Source of the DNA: Limisphaerales bacterium
GTDB taxonomy: Bacteria; Verrucomicrobiota; Verrucomicrobiia; Limisphaerales; SIBE01
Length of the DNA: 53,565 nt
Assembly (NCBI GenBank): GCA_044225505.1
Contig: JBGAIN010000036.1
Location: forward strand, 1 to 53,565
Reading direction: 5' to 3'
The notes beneath the pieces are model-generated. The model was given only the letters and a program-made list of their open reading frames with translations. It did no database searches and was not told the origin of the DNA. This document shows positions 28,638 through 38,784 of the stretch, piece by piece; the stretch's first letter is position 1, and every line of letters starts with the position of its first letter. The translations under genes were made by a program, and so were the position numbers.

Positions 28638-29684
28638 CGCGCGCGCAAAGATTTTCCGAATGATATCCTCAATCGGCATTTCCTGGATGTCGATATCTGT
28701 GACAGGTAGTTCATCGAGCAACGTTTTGCAGACCGGGATCACGCGTTCGCGCGAGACCTTGAGTTTGATACTGGCCGCGGACTGCTCAACCACTTCACCG
28801 TAGTTCGCCATATCTGGCCGGGGCCGCTCGGCGACCGTGGCGAGCTGGATTGTGATCATTTTGAAGTCGGCAAATTGATCGAGCACGTCCGTCAACTGTC
28901 CATCAAAGAATATTGTCCCGCGATCGATAATAATAACACGGCGACAGAGTTCTTCGATATCGGTCATGTAGTGGCTCGTGAGGAGAATTGTAGTCTTAAA
29001 TGTGGCGTTGTGGTGCCTGAGAAACTCACGGACCGTTTTCTGCGACACAACATCCAGACCGATGGTTGGTTCATCCAGGAAGAGCACCTTGGGCTGATGG
29101 AGAAGCGCCGCAATCAGCTCCATTTTCATGCGTTCGCCCAACGACAATTCACGCACCATCACGTTGAGTTTATCCTTCACTCCAAGCAATTCCGTCATCT
29201 CTCCCACGGTGCGTTGGAAAACAGATGTCGGGATCTCGTAGATCTTGCTGTTAAGTTCCAAAGACTCTCGAGCAGGAAGGTCCCACCATAATTGATTCTT
29301 CTGGCCAAGGAGCAACGCGAATTGACGGCGGTAGCCATCGTTTCGTTCCCAGGGTACGTACCCCAGCACGCGAGCGGTTCCAGCGGTGGGATAAAGGAGT
29401 CCCGCCAGCATTTTCAGCGTGGTGGTTTTTCCAGCTCCGTTCGGCCCAAGAAAGCCAACCAGCTCGCCCTCATCCACGCGAAAGCTGATGTTGTTCGCCG
29501 CTGTGACCTGTTCGTACTCACGGCGAAAAAGCCCGCGCAATGCGCCAGCCAAACCGGGACGCTTTTTATAGATGCGATAGGTCTTGTTGAGACCGTCCAC
29601 CACCATGACAGGGTCGACGGACGAAGAGCCTTCGGAACCACGGCTTGGGCCAAAGCCGCCAGGAGCGCTCCGAGGCTCAGGCAT
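28632..29684 (-). CDS. ABC transporter ATP-binding protein (ABC-2 export type)
   Basis: GPNGAGKTT, GQKNQLWWDLP, LSLGERMK, LFLDEPTIGLD, LTSH. Start uncertain. Confidence 0.9.
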   Translation of the reverse strand: MPEPRSAPGGFGPSRGSEGSSSVDPVMVVDGLNKTYRIYKKRPGLAGALRGLFRREYEQVTAANNISFRVDEGELVGFLGPNGAGKTTTLKMLAGLLYPTAGTARVLGYVPWERNDGYRRQFALLLGQKNQLWWDLPARESLELNSKIYEIPTSVFQRTVGEMTELLGVKDKLNVMVRELSLGERMKMELIAALLHQPKVLFLDEPTIGLDVVSQKTVREFLRHHNATFKTTILLTSHYMTDIEELCRRVIIIDRGTIFFDGQLTDVLDQFADFKMITIQLATVAERPRPDMANYGEVVEQSAASIKLKVSRERVIPVCKTLLDELPVTDIDIQEMPIEDIIRKIFARAS

Positions 29685-29689
29685 GGGAG

Positions 29690-31051
29690 TCAGCGTTGAA
29701 GCTGCTTCTCCAAGTAGAGCACGACCTGGCGGACGCTTGGATCCACTTCCATCCGGTCTTTCACCAGCCTGCACGCGTGTAGCACAGTTCCATGATCTCT
29801 TCCGCCGAACGCTTCACCAATCGCATTCAAAGAATTCTCCGTCAATTGCCGAGAAAGGAACATGGCGATTTGCCGCGGGAACGCGATGTTTTCGGGGCGC
29901 CTTTTGCTCGTCATATCTGCCAAGCGAATATCAAAGTGTTCCGCGACTTTTTTTTGAATCGCTTCGATATTGACGGAGAAGCGTCCCTCCTCATGAAGCA
30001 CATCATGAAGCAGCGCCTCAATCATCTCGATCGTCAGCTTTTTCCCGGTCAACGATGCGTAGGAGGCAACGCGAATCAGTGCGCCTTCCAACCGGCGGAT
30101 ATTTGACCGAATCCGCATCGCCAGGAAGTTGACGACCTCCTCCGGCAATTCGACGCCCATCGACTTCTCTTTCTTCCGCAAGATGGCGGTGCGCGTCTCG
30201 ATATCTGGCGGCTGCAGATCCGTGACCAAACCCCATTCGAAACGCGAAACCAGTCGATGCTCGAGGTTCTGGATCTCGCCCGCGGGTCGGTCGCAAGTGA
30301 GCACGATCTGTTTGTGGTTTTCGTGGAGCGCGTTGAATGTATGGAAGAACTCCTCTTGAATACGTTCTTTCCCAGATAAGAATTGGATATCATCGATCAG
30401 CAGCACGTCGGTCTGCCGATACTTCTTTCGAAAGCGCACCAACTGATTGTTCTGAATGGCATCGATATACTCGTTGGTGAACTTCTCGGACGAGACATAG
30501 GCCACCCGGGAAATCTTTTGATGGTTCGTCACGTACTGCCCGATGGCGTGCAGCAAGTGGGTCTTGCCCAACCCGACTCCGCCATAAAGAAAAAGCGGGT
30601 TATACGATTTACCTGGAGCTTGCGCAACCGCCAGTGCCGCGGCATGCGCGAAATTGTTGTTGTTACCGACCACGAACGTCTCGAACGTATTCTTGGGATT
30701 GAAGGCAAAGTCGCGTTGCTGATTGTTCCGATGTCCCGATTCGTCCGGCTCCTTGGATTTGACTGCCTTTGCCTCCGAACTCTCCACGGAGGCCGGTTGC
30801 TCCCCGCGGACGACGAACTTCACTTTGAGCGACTGACTTGACGCGTGGACCAAGACGTCTTGAATCAGACCCAGGTAATTGTCTTTAAGCCAGAGCTCAC
30901 AAAAATCATTGGCGACACCCAGTGTAATCGTATCCGCCTCCAAGCCCATCGCCTGAATAGGGGCGAACCACAGATTGTAGATATCCGTGTTGAGCATGGT
31001 GCGCAGGAGCTCTTGCGCGGCGAGCCAGATTTTTTCAGCGGAGGATTGCAT
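29690..31051 (-). CDS. dnaA: Chromosomal replication initiator DnaA
   Basis: NTFETFVVG, YNPLFLYGGVGLGKTHL, LIDDIQF, QEEFFHTFN, RLVSRFEWG, NIRRLEGAL, RQIAMFL, FGGRDHGTVLHA. Confidence 0.97.
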   Translation of the reverse strand: MQSSAEKIWLAAQELLRTMLNTDIYNLWFAPIQAMGLEADTITLGVANDFCELWLKDNYLGLIQDVLVHASSQSLKVKFVVRGEQPASVESSEAKAVKSKEPDESGHRNNQQRDFAFNPKNTFETFVVGNNNNFAHAAALAVAQAPGKSYNPLFLYGGVGLGKTHLLHAIGQYVTNHQKISRVAYVSSEKFTNEYIDAIQNNQLVRFRKKYRQTDVLLIDDIQFLSGKERIQEEFFHTFNALHENHKQIVLTCDRPAGEIQNLEHRLVSRFEWGLVTDLQPPDIETRTAILRKKEKSMGVELPEEVVNFLAMRIRSNIRRLEGALIRVASYASLTGKKLTIEMIEALLHDVLHEEGRFSVNIEAIQKKVAEHFDIRLADMTSKRRPENIAFPRQIAMFLSRQLTENSLNAIGEAFGGRDHGTVLHACRLVKDRMEVDPSVRQVVLYLEKQLQR

Positions 31052-31347
31052 GCGAATGACGTTCATCGTGCGGCTTCCACCTGCACTTGTTCACTTCCTG
31101 GCGTCACGGGTCTGTAACATCTTTTCGAACAGTTATTTGCGTTGCCACCATGTCGTCGCTCGTCCTCGTGCGTTGGACCGCACACCCACCCACTCCAATC
31201 GGTTTTCTATTTGCAACATGCTCATTACCAAATTCTTATTCCAATTCCTGGAACGCTCTCCCCCAGAGAGTCGCCCCGAGGTCGATTTATCTGCCGAGCT
31301 GACCGAAATCCGTTTTAGGCGAGGGGAGTGCTGCTTGCTAGGACAAC

Positions 31348-31377
31348 ATATTAACTCTTATTAACGAGTTACTCACA
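31348..31377. promoter_or_regulatory. Cluster of degenerate DnaA-box-like 9-mers upstream of dnaA
   Basis: ATATTAACT (31348), TTATTAACG (31358), TTACTCACA (31369), spaced 10-11 bp, versus consensus TTWTNCACA. AT-rich; no perfect box. Confidence 0.35.
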
Positions 31378-31422
31378 GCCAGTTTCCCCTGCAATTTCGC
31401 CACTTTCTTTGTTCCAGAGCCG

Positions 31423-31456
31423 AAAAAAGGCATCCCAGCCGCAGGCCAGGATGCCT
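31423..31456 (-). terminator. Intrinsic terminator after glnA
   Basis: Minus strand AGGCATCC-TGGCCTGCGGCTG-GGATGCCT followed by a T run, about 20 nt after the glnA stop. Confidence 0.85.
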
Positions 31457-31475
31457 CTTCGACAGAGGCGACCCT

Positions 31476-32888
31476 TTACGAGTCGTAATACATGAAAAAT
31501 TCGTAGGGATGCGGACGCAGGCGAAGCGCATCCGATTCTTTCCGCTTGTGACTGACCCACATCTCCAGGAAGTCCGGAGTAAACACATCGCCTTTGAGCA
31601 AAAACTCGTTGTCTTTTTCCAAATGGCTGACCGCTTCGCTCAAACTCCCAGGGACTTGCGGAACTCTCGCCATTTCCTCGGGAGGCAGCTCATAGAGGTT
31701 TTTGTCCATGGGCTCGCCTGGGTCAATTTTGTTTTGGATACCGTCCAAGCCGGCCATCAATAACGCGGCGAAGCAAAGGTAAGGGTTGGCGCTCGGATCG
31801 GGCGGTCGATACTCAACGCGCTTGGCTTTTGGATTCTCGCTGTAGGTAGGAATTCGAATCGCGGCCGAGCGGTTCCGGGAGCTGTAAGCCAGGTTGACCG
31901 GCGCTTCGTATCCTGGTACGAGCCTTTTATACGAGTTGGTGGTCGGACTACAGATGGCGCACAGGGCGGAAGCGTGTTTGAGCAAGCCGCCGATGTAATA
32001 CAAAGCCATCTGCGATAGCCCGGCGTATTCGTTGCCAGCAAAGAGCGGTTTTCCCTTCTTCCACAAGGACTGGTGAGTGTGCATGCCAGAGCCGTTATCT
32101 CCGAAGAGCGGCTTGGGCATAAAAGTGGCGGTTTTGCCATGTCGCTTGGCCACATTCCGGACGACGTACTTGTAGACCATCATCGCATCGGCCGCCCGGA
32201 TAAGCGTGTCGAATCGATAATCGATTTCCGCCTGTCCGGCCGTGGCCACCTCATGGTGCTGCCGCTCGATCTTGACCCCGAGTTGCTCCATGAGCAGGCA
32301 CATTTCCGTTCGAATGTCTTGTTGGGCATCGGTTGGGCCGACCGGAAAGTAACCTTCTTTATGTCGAATTTTATATCCCAGATTGGGCATCTCGTCACGG
32401 CCGGTGTTCCAGACCGCCTCTTCCGAGTCCACAGAGTAAAACGTGCCGTTGGATCGATGATCGTACTGCACGTTGTCGAAGATGAAGAACTCCGCTTCCG
32501 GTCCGAAAAACGCCTGATCCGCGATGCCCGTGCTGGCCAGGAATTTCTCGGCGCGTTGCGCGATGCCACGGGGGTCGCGGTTATACGATTCTTTCGTTCC
32601 TGTTTCCGCAATAGTACACGTCAGGGAGAGGGTCGGGACGGCGCAGAACGGATCAATGAACGCCGTGTTCGGATCGGGCATCGCCAACATATCCGACGCT
32701 TCGATCGATTTCCAACCGCGAATCGAGGAGCCGTCGAAGCCAAACCCTTCACTGAAAACGTCCTCGTTCAACTCGCCGATCGGACAGCTGAAATGCTGCC
32801 AGGTCCCAAACGTATCGACAAACTTGATGTCGACCATCTTGGCCCCCTGTTTCCGCGCTAATTCAACTACACTCTTCGGGGTGTTCAT
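31476..32888 (-). CDS. glnA: Glutamine synthetase type I (GSI-beta)
   Basis: [59 protein letters not shown], adenylylation site NLYELPP. Confidence 0.98.
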   Translation of the reverse strand: MNTPKSVVELARKQGAKMVDIKFVDTFGTWQHFSCPIGELNEDVFSEGFGFDGSSIRGWKSIEASDMLAMPDPNTAFIDPFCAVPTLSLTCTIAETGTKESYNRDPRGIAQRAEKFLASTGIADQAFFGPEAEFFIFDNVQYDHRSNGTFYSVDSEEAVWNTGRDEMPNLGYKIRHKEGYFPVGPTDAQQDIRTEMCLLMEQLGVKIERQHHEVATAGQAEIDYRFDTLIRAADAMMVYKYVVRNVAKRHGKTATFMPKPLFGDNGSGMHTHQSLWKKGKPLFAGNEYAGLSQMALYYIGGLLKHASALCAICSPTTNSYKRLVPGYEAPVNLAYSSRNRSAAIRIPTYSENPKAKRVEYRPPDPSANPYLCFAALLMAGLDGIQNKIDPGEPMDKNLYELPPEEMARVPQVPGSLSEAVSHLEKDNEFLLKGDVFTPDFLEMWVSHKRKESDALRLRPHPYEFFMYYDS

Positions 32889-32973
32889 TGGTTCAGGTGT
32901 TGGTTTTTGGGTTGTCGCTACACACGGCGAAGCTTCGTCCAGTCGCAGACTGGAAGGAATCCGTCACGGCCGG

Positions 32974-33336
<363 letters not shown>

Positions 33337-33364
33337 CTAGCAACGAGTGGCCGACTGTAAACAG

Positions 33365-33381
33365 GAAACTGAATCAGTTTC
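33365..33381. promoter_or_regulatory. Perfect 8-1-8 palindrome, candidate operator upstream of glnB-glnA
   Basis: GAAACTGA-A-TCAGTTTC in the divergent intergenic region, about 53 bp upstream of the P-II start. Confidence 0.5.
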
Positions 33382-33493
33382 ACACACCCCTGAATCCAAT
33401 CGGTTTGCGACGCAGAAAAAAAACAGTCGAGCGCCCTTAAATTTCAATCGAATCTGCTTATCGCTTGGCCCAGAACGCCGTAGGCAAATAGTT

Positions 33494-34849
33494 ATGGCCA
33501 TCCTCACTCTTCCCCCGTCCGCCACTCTCAATCGCCGACGCTTCCTCCGCCTGAGTGTGACCGCCAGCTTTGCGCTGGGTGCGCCAGCTTTCCTGCGGGC
33601 GCAAAGCCTCAACAACAAGCTGCAGATCGGAATGATTGCCGCTGGCGGCCGCGGCGGCGACAATCTCGAATCGATGAAAGGCGAGAACATCGTCGCTCTG
33701 TGCGACGTCGCGGAAGATCGCCTGAACAAGGCGGGCGCCCGGTTTCCAAAAGCTCGCCGTTATGTAGATTTTCGAAAGCTGCTCGACGATTCCAAGGATC
33801 TCGATGCGGTTGTGGTCAGCACCGCAGAGCATACTCACGCCTTCGCGACCCTTGGGGCCTTGCAGTTAGGCAAGCATGTCTATTGTGAGAAACCCCTCAC
33901 CCACTCCATCGAAGAGGCTCGACTGATCAGCACAACAGCGGCCCGTGTTAAAGTCGCCACACAGATGGGCACGCAAATTCATGCGTCCGACAACTATCGT
34001 CGCGTAGTCGAACTCGTCCAGACCGGGGCGATTGGCGCTGTTACCGAAGCGCATGCCTGGGTATCGCGGGCGTGGGGATGGCAAACTCCCGAGGACGCAA
34101 AAACAAACCAGGACATCGTTAGTGTCCAAGACCGACCGACCGGGTCCTCGCCCATTCCAGACGGACTCCACTGGGATCTTTTTCTCGGCCCGGCTCCCGA
34201 ACGCCCGTTTCACGAAGTTTACTGGCCCGGTCCCAAATGGTACCGCTGGTGGGATTTTGGCAGCGGCACCATGTCGGACATGGGCAGCCACCTCAACGAC
34301 CTCCCATTTTGGGCACTCAAGCTGCGCCACCCCCTCACCATTGAAGCAGACGGTCCCAAACCCCACCCGGAGATTGCGCCGGCTTCGATGCTGGCACGCT
34401 ACACGTATGGCCCGCGGGCGAACATGGTGCCCGTCACGGTCACCTGGTACCAGGGAGTGATGAAACCTCCGCAATACGAGCAAGGTCTTATTCCCAAATG
34501 GGGTGCGGGCATCCTCTTTGTTGGCGATAAAGGCATGCTGCTCGCCGATTACGGACGATACCTCTTGCTGCCGGAAAAAGACTTCAAGGGCTTTCAACCT
34601 CCGACTCCGTTCCTTGCGCCCTCCCCTGGCCACCATCAACAGTGGATTGAAGCCTGCAAGACAGGCAAACCGACCGACTCGAACTTCGATTATGCCGGGG
34701 CGCTCACCGAAGCCAACCATCTCGGCAACGTTGCCTATCGCGTGGGCAAGAAACTGGAATGGGATCCCATTCGGCTGCGAGCGACGAATTGCCCGGAGGC
34801 GGACCGCTTTATCCGTAAAACCTACCGGGCCGGTTGGAAGTTGAGCTGA
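33494..34849 (+). CDS. Gfo/Idh/MocA family oxidoreductase, Tat-exported
   Basis: NRRRFL Tat motif, [48 protein letters not shown]. Confidence 0.93.
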   Translation: MAILTLPPSATLNRRRFLRLSVTASFALGAPAFLRAQSLNNKLQIGMIAAGGRGGDNLESMKGENIVALCDVAEDRLNKAGARFPKARRYVDFRKLLDDSKDLDAVVVSTAEHTHAFATLGALQLGKHVYCEKPLTHSIEEARLISTTAARVKVATQMGTQIHASDNYRRVVELVQTGAIGAVTEAHAWVSRAWGWQTPEDAKTNQDIVSVQDRPTGSSPIPDGLHWDLFLGPAPERPFHEVYWPGPKWYRWWDFGSGTMSDMGSHLNDLPFWALKLRHPLTIEADGPKPHPEIAPASMLARYTYGPRANMVPVTVTWYQGVMKPPQYEQGLIPKWGAGILFVGDKGMLLADYGRYLLLPEKDFKGFQPPTPFLAPSPGHHQQWIEACKTGKPTDSNFDYAGALTEANHLGNVAYRVGKKLEWDPIRLRATNCPEADRFIRKTYRAGWKLS

Positions 34850-34925
34850 GCAGCTGTTTGCCCCAAGGACCTGGGTTACGACCGGTCGTAGGCGGGGGCA
34901 AAAGCGCCTCGAGAGGCCTGCATCC

Positions 34926-34942
34926 GGTGACAAATTGTCACC
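34926..34942. repeat. Perfect 8-1-8 palindrome between convergent genes
   Basis: GGTGACAA-A-TTGTCACC, read directly. Confidence 0.8.
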
Positions 34943-35052
34943 TGACTACGATCGATCGTTCATCCATCGTCTGCAGAGGCGCTTCCTGATCGCCCGTCCG
35001 AACGCGACTTGTTTTGCCGCAGGTCGGATGTTGGGAATGGAAATGCCTGGCG

Positions 35053-35775
35053 TCACGCCGCATGCAGGACGTCGGCCCGATGCGAATGATGGACCGAATC
35101 CTCATACCTTTTCGTCAGAGTGCGAACGCGCCCGGCGATCGCTTTGATCAATCCCGACATCATGGCCAGGGCGGTGTCGGGTGCTTCTTTACTGATCTTA
35201 CCGACCGCACTGCACGAGAGCTTCATCAACACGCTGTCCTGGTTTGCGATGACGTCGGCGGCATGCGGTCCTTTATCGAACAGCGAGATCTCGCCGAAGA
35301 TCGCTCCCGGACCCAGGGTAGCTACCGGACATTCTCTGCCATCAACCATCAGACAGGACCGGAGCTCGCCTGCGAGGACTCCGTACATCGCGTCGCCTGG
35401 GTCCCCCTTCCGTACCACATGGGTGAACTGTCGGGCCTGTGCAATCTCTACGAAGCCCAGAAGCACAGCGAGTTGTTCGTCGGTCAGCTCCGCAAGAGCT
35501 TTAATACGCCGCAGATCACCGGGTTGGATCTCCGCCGGATTGGCCGCGCCGCCAGACGCCTGGCGCGCTCGCGGTTTGGGTGCAAAGAACATTTTCAGCT
35601 CTGAAATATCGGCGGCCGTAAGCCACCCAGAGTCCCGTTCGACGAAGATCCACGTATCGCGGATCACCCGTTCATCTTTGATCCAACCCACTAAGGTAGG
35701 AAGCTCGATAGGTCCGTAAGCGGTGTTATCAATCCCCCAGATATGATAGCCGGGAACTGCGTTTTGCACATTCAT
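35053..35775 (-). CDS. GYF_2 (DUF4339)-like domain plus cyclic-nucleotide-binding domain protein, no HTH
   Basis: AGGAGG RBS before ATG 35775; YGPIELPTLVGWI...DTWI...W; VRKGDPGDAMY, IFGEISLFDKGPHAADV. Confidence 0.85.
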   Translation of the reverse strand: MNVQNAVPGYHIWGIDNTAYGPIELPTLVGWIKDERVIRDTWIFVERDSGWLTAADISELKMFFAPKPRARQASGGAANPAEIQPGDLRRIKALAELTDEQLAVLLGFVEIAQARQFTHVVRKGDPGDAMYGVLAGELRSCLMVDGRECPVATLGPGAIFGEISLFDKGPHAADVIANQDSVLMKLSCSAVGKISKEAPDTALAMMSGLIKAIAGRVRTLTKRYEDSVHHSHRADVLHAA

Positions 35776-36057
35776 ACGTTGCAACCTCCTGAATATTGTT
35801 GAGCCGTTCAGGCGAGGCCGTAAGCCATCGAATGCGGCCATCAGAACCTGTCCCGTTCCAAGCAGCCTTTGATTTTTCGACCATGATCCCGTTGTTTGCC
35901 GCTGTAAATAGGGGTGGGCGCTAAACGCCGCACATGGGATTCCCTGAGCCGTCCTGTAACGTTCTGCGGATTTTGCTTCTGGGGAGTTTAGCAGCTCGTT
36001 AGAAACGTAACGGGCCGCACGAAGCGAGACTCTAAGGAGTTCCGCTAGAAAGACAAC

Positions 36058-38784
36058 ATGAGCTCGCAAATCAAGTGTCCTGAATGCGGAAACAGTCTGG
36101 CGCCCGGCGCCTTGGAGGGCCTCTGTCCGGCCTGTCTCTTGAGCGTGGGCGCGGCAGGCGACTCGAACGCAGATGCGAGCCAACCGTCTTTCACCCCTTG
36201 GCCGGTGGCGGAAGTTTCGCGTTGGTTCCCCAAGCTGGAGATTCAAGAACTCATCGGCCGAGGTGGCATGGGTGCCATTTATCGAGCGCGCCAGCCTGGT
36301 CTGGATCGCCTCGTCGCGGTCAAGATTCTACCGGGAAACGGGCCGAAGGAGAGCGGCTTCGCCGAGCGGTTCAACCGGGAGGCGAGGGCGTTGGCCAAAC
36401 TAAACCATCCGAACATCATCACGGTCCATGAGTTTGGGCAGGTCGAGGGTTATTATTACTTCATCATGGAGTATGTCGACGGCGTCAACCTCAGGCAACT
36501 CCAGCGCACCGGCCGCTTGGCGCCACGCGAAGCATTGCAGATCGTCCCTCAACTTTGCGATGCCCTGCAATATGCCCACGACGAAGGGGTCGTCCACCGC
36601 GATATCAAACCGGAGAACGTTCTGATCGATCGCAAGGGGCGGGTTAAAATCGCCGATTTCGGACTCGCCAAGATGCTGGGGTTGGAACGAACTGAGTTCC
36701 GGCTGACGGGCGAAGGGCAGGTTATGGGGACGCCTCATTATATGGCGCCGGAACAGGTGGAACATCCGCTCGATGTCGATCATCGGGCGGATATTTATGC
36801 GTTAGGCGTCGTCTTCTATGAAATGTTGACGGGCGAACTGCCGCTTGGACACTTCGCGCCGCCTTCGCGCAAAGTGCAGGTCGACGTGCGTTTGGATGAA
36901 GTGGTCCTGCGCGCCTTGGCGAAGGAGCCCGAACTTCGCTACCAACAAGCGAACGAAGTTAAGACGGCTGTGCAAGACATCACGTCGTCGCCGCCTACAC
37001 CCGCGTCCTCACAAAGCCCGAATCCGCCGATCGTGGAGCAGATTCAGTCGGCGCACCCCAACTTCGCCCCTTCGCCACGCCGTCTGGGCCGGGCTTTGAC
37101 CGCATCGATTCTCGTCTTCCTGGCTGTTTTTGGGACTGCCGCCATCATTACATTTCTGATGCCCAAGAGTTACCTCGGGACCGCCCGGATTGAGGTCTCG
37201 AAGCCGCTGGCCGATCAGAGCTTTGACCCTTATTTCTTGCAGACTCAATTCGAAGTCATCCGATCTGACGAGGTGCTATTGAGCGTGGTGGAGCCGCTGC
37301 ATCTTGCGGAACGCTGGGCCAGTCGATTCGGGTTGACCGAGCCGCTTCCCGAACGCGACTTGCTGCAGATCCTACGATCGAGCCTGAATGTCCGACAATC
37401 CCGGAGCACCAGCGTCGTTGAGATTCATTACTATGGAAAAAGTCCCGGAGAAGCCGCTGCGATTGCGAACGCCATTGCGGAAGCGGCCCAGGCAAAAGCG
37501 AAACCAAATCGCTACTCTATTATTGACCGAGCTCAACCTTGGTCGAAGCCCGTTCGTCCCAATGTTCCAGTCAATCTGTTCTTAGGAGCGCTGCTGGGCC
37601 TCGCCCTTGGAGGTGCCGCAGGCGGGGCGCTGCTTCTGCTGCCTCGAACAAAGCACGCGTCGGCGTCGAGTGGTTCGGCCCCATGGCTCACCTGGAAAGC
37701 CGTCACCGCGGCGTCGTTGGCGGTGCTGGTTTGCATGGCCATCGTGCTTGGTGGGTCGATTGGCCAGCACTCGCGGACGGCGGAACTTGAGCATGAGCCA
37801 CTGACGCCGTTTGAAGAGGCGCCGAACGCCGGTCCCACGTCCCCTCCCCTGGCTCCGCCGCCGACCGTTTCGCAGTCAGTCCAGCCAGTCTCCCCGCTCG
37901 AAACGCCAGCCCCGCTCGGCGCAATTGACAACGGAAGCACTTCCCCGAAACCGCTGACGACTGAGCAAAGCCGGCCGGCACTTCGATTCCTGGCCCGCCA
38001 ACCGTCGAAGGCAACAGACGAACTCAAGGAGGTTTGGTCCCCCACTGGACAACTGCCCGAACCCCGGGAACAACAACTGGCGCTTGACCTGGGAGAAATG
38101 CGCAGCGATCTGTCGGGTTTCGACGGCGGCAGTAATGCTGTCGTGTTTTGCTTCTGGTTCGCCGATCCGTTGCTCGATCTGCAAAGCCAATGCGTGATCC
38201 GCGTGTCCGACCCTTCCGGGAAAATCGTTCCGGCCTTCCAGAACACGGTGAGCAGCAAGCTCAAAGAACCAGCCTCCAACCGCGAAGAGCTCGGATGGTT
38301 CGTTTGCGCTTTTCCATTCCCTTCGGAGCAAGAAGTGCCACCCTTCATTGGCGTCTCGCTGGATTATACGGTCGGGCCCTGGGTGGAGAAGCAGAAGATC
38401 CTCCTCAAGCAAGGCGAGGGGCAAGCTATCGCCACGGCCGGAGGGTTGATCTCGGGGATGGGGGAAACGGCCGAAGGCGACGCTTTCATCAGCCTGGCTG
38501 GGGACTCGTCAGCAAACCCGATCATCAAGTATCAGTACGATTTTGAAGCAGAAACGAAAGGAGGCCAACGCCTAACCCGCAAGGGGTTGACGACTCTCGG
38601 AATCTGGAATCTGAGCTCCCAACAGTACCGGTTCGCCACGCCCATCCGTAACGTCGCGGCGTTTCGACTGCGCGCGCGACCGATCCGGACGGTTGAATTC
38701 AGAAACGTCTCGCTCCGCCCGAAACAGATGACTTCATTCTTCTCGTATCAAGCTGATGGAGGCTCAAACACCAACCAACGATGA
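36058..38784 (+). CDS. Membrane Ser/Thr (Hanks) protein kinase with N-terminal zinc ribbon and Wzz-like/extracytoplasmic domains
   Basis: CPECG...CPAC; GRGGMG, VAVK, HRDIKPEN, DFG, GTPHYMAPE; three TM segments; PKSYLGTARI...TQFEVIRS...IIDRAQP..KPVRPN. Confidence 0.93.
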   Translation: MSSQIKCPECGNSLAPGALEGLCPACLLSVGAAGDSNADASQPSFTPWPVAEVSRWFPKLEIQELIGRGGMGAIYRARQPGLDRLVAVKILPGNGPKESGFAERFNREARALAKLNHPNIITVHEFGQVEGYYYFIMEYVDGVNLRQLQRTGRLAPREALQIVPQLCDALQYAHDEGVVHRDIKPENVLIDRKGRVKIADFGLAKMLGLERTEFRLTGEGQVMGTPHYMAPEQVEHPLDVDHRADIYALGVVFYEMLTGELPLGHFAPPSRKVQVDVRLDEVVLRALAKEPELRYQQANEVKTAVQDITSSPPTPASSQSPNPPIVEQIQSAHPNFAPSPRRLGRALTASILVFLAVFGTAAIITFLMPKSYLGTARIEVSKPLADQSFDPYFLQTQFEVIRSDEVLLSVVEPLHLAERWASRFGLTEPLPERDLLQILRSSLNVRQSRSTSVVEIHYYGKSPGEAAAIANAIAEAAQAKAKPNRYSIIDRAQPWSKPVRPNVPVNLFLGALLGLALGGAAGGALLLLPRTKHASASSGSAPWLTWKAVTAASLAVLVCMAIVLGGSIGQHSRTAELEHEPLTPFEEAPNAGPTSPPLAPPPTVSQSVQPVSPLETPAPLGAIDNGSTSPKPLTTEQSRPALRFLARQPSKATDELKEVWSPTGQLPEPREQQLALDLGEMRSDLSGFDGGSNAVVFCFWFADPLLDLQSQCVIRVSDPSGKIVPAFQNTVSSKLKEPASNREELGWFVCAFPFPSEQEVPPFIGVSLDYTVGPWVEKQKILLKQGEGQAIATAGGLISGMGETAEGDAFISLAGDSSANPIIKYQYDFEAETKGGQRLTRKGLTTLGIWNLSSQQYRFATPIRNVAAFRLRARPIRTVEFRNVSLRPKQMTSFFSYQADGGSNTNQR

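Noticed and set aside
31052..31420. oriC upstream of dnaA
   Set aside because: No perfect DnaA boxes, no clear unwinding element and no dnaN; kept only as possible autoregulatory sites.
33866..34933. 355-aa antisense ORF (also long antisense ORFs at 3724-4593, 32073-33360, 22790-23521 and 37533-38348)
   Set aside because: They lie opposite well-supported genes, have no motifs, and are the shadow ORFs expected in GC-rich DNA.
34926..34942. Palindrome as matS, CRP or parS site
   Set aside because: The spacer is wrong for matS (5 rather than 3) and CRP (7 rather than 6), and it does not match parS.
35776..36246. N-terminal extensions in the ORF track (also 48951-49154, 43357-43461 and 18425-18544)
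   Set aside because: They overlap neighbouring genes or promoter regions. Downstream starts have RBS, coupling or domain-boundary support.
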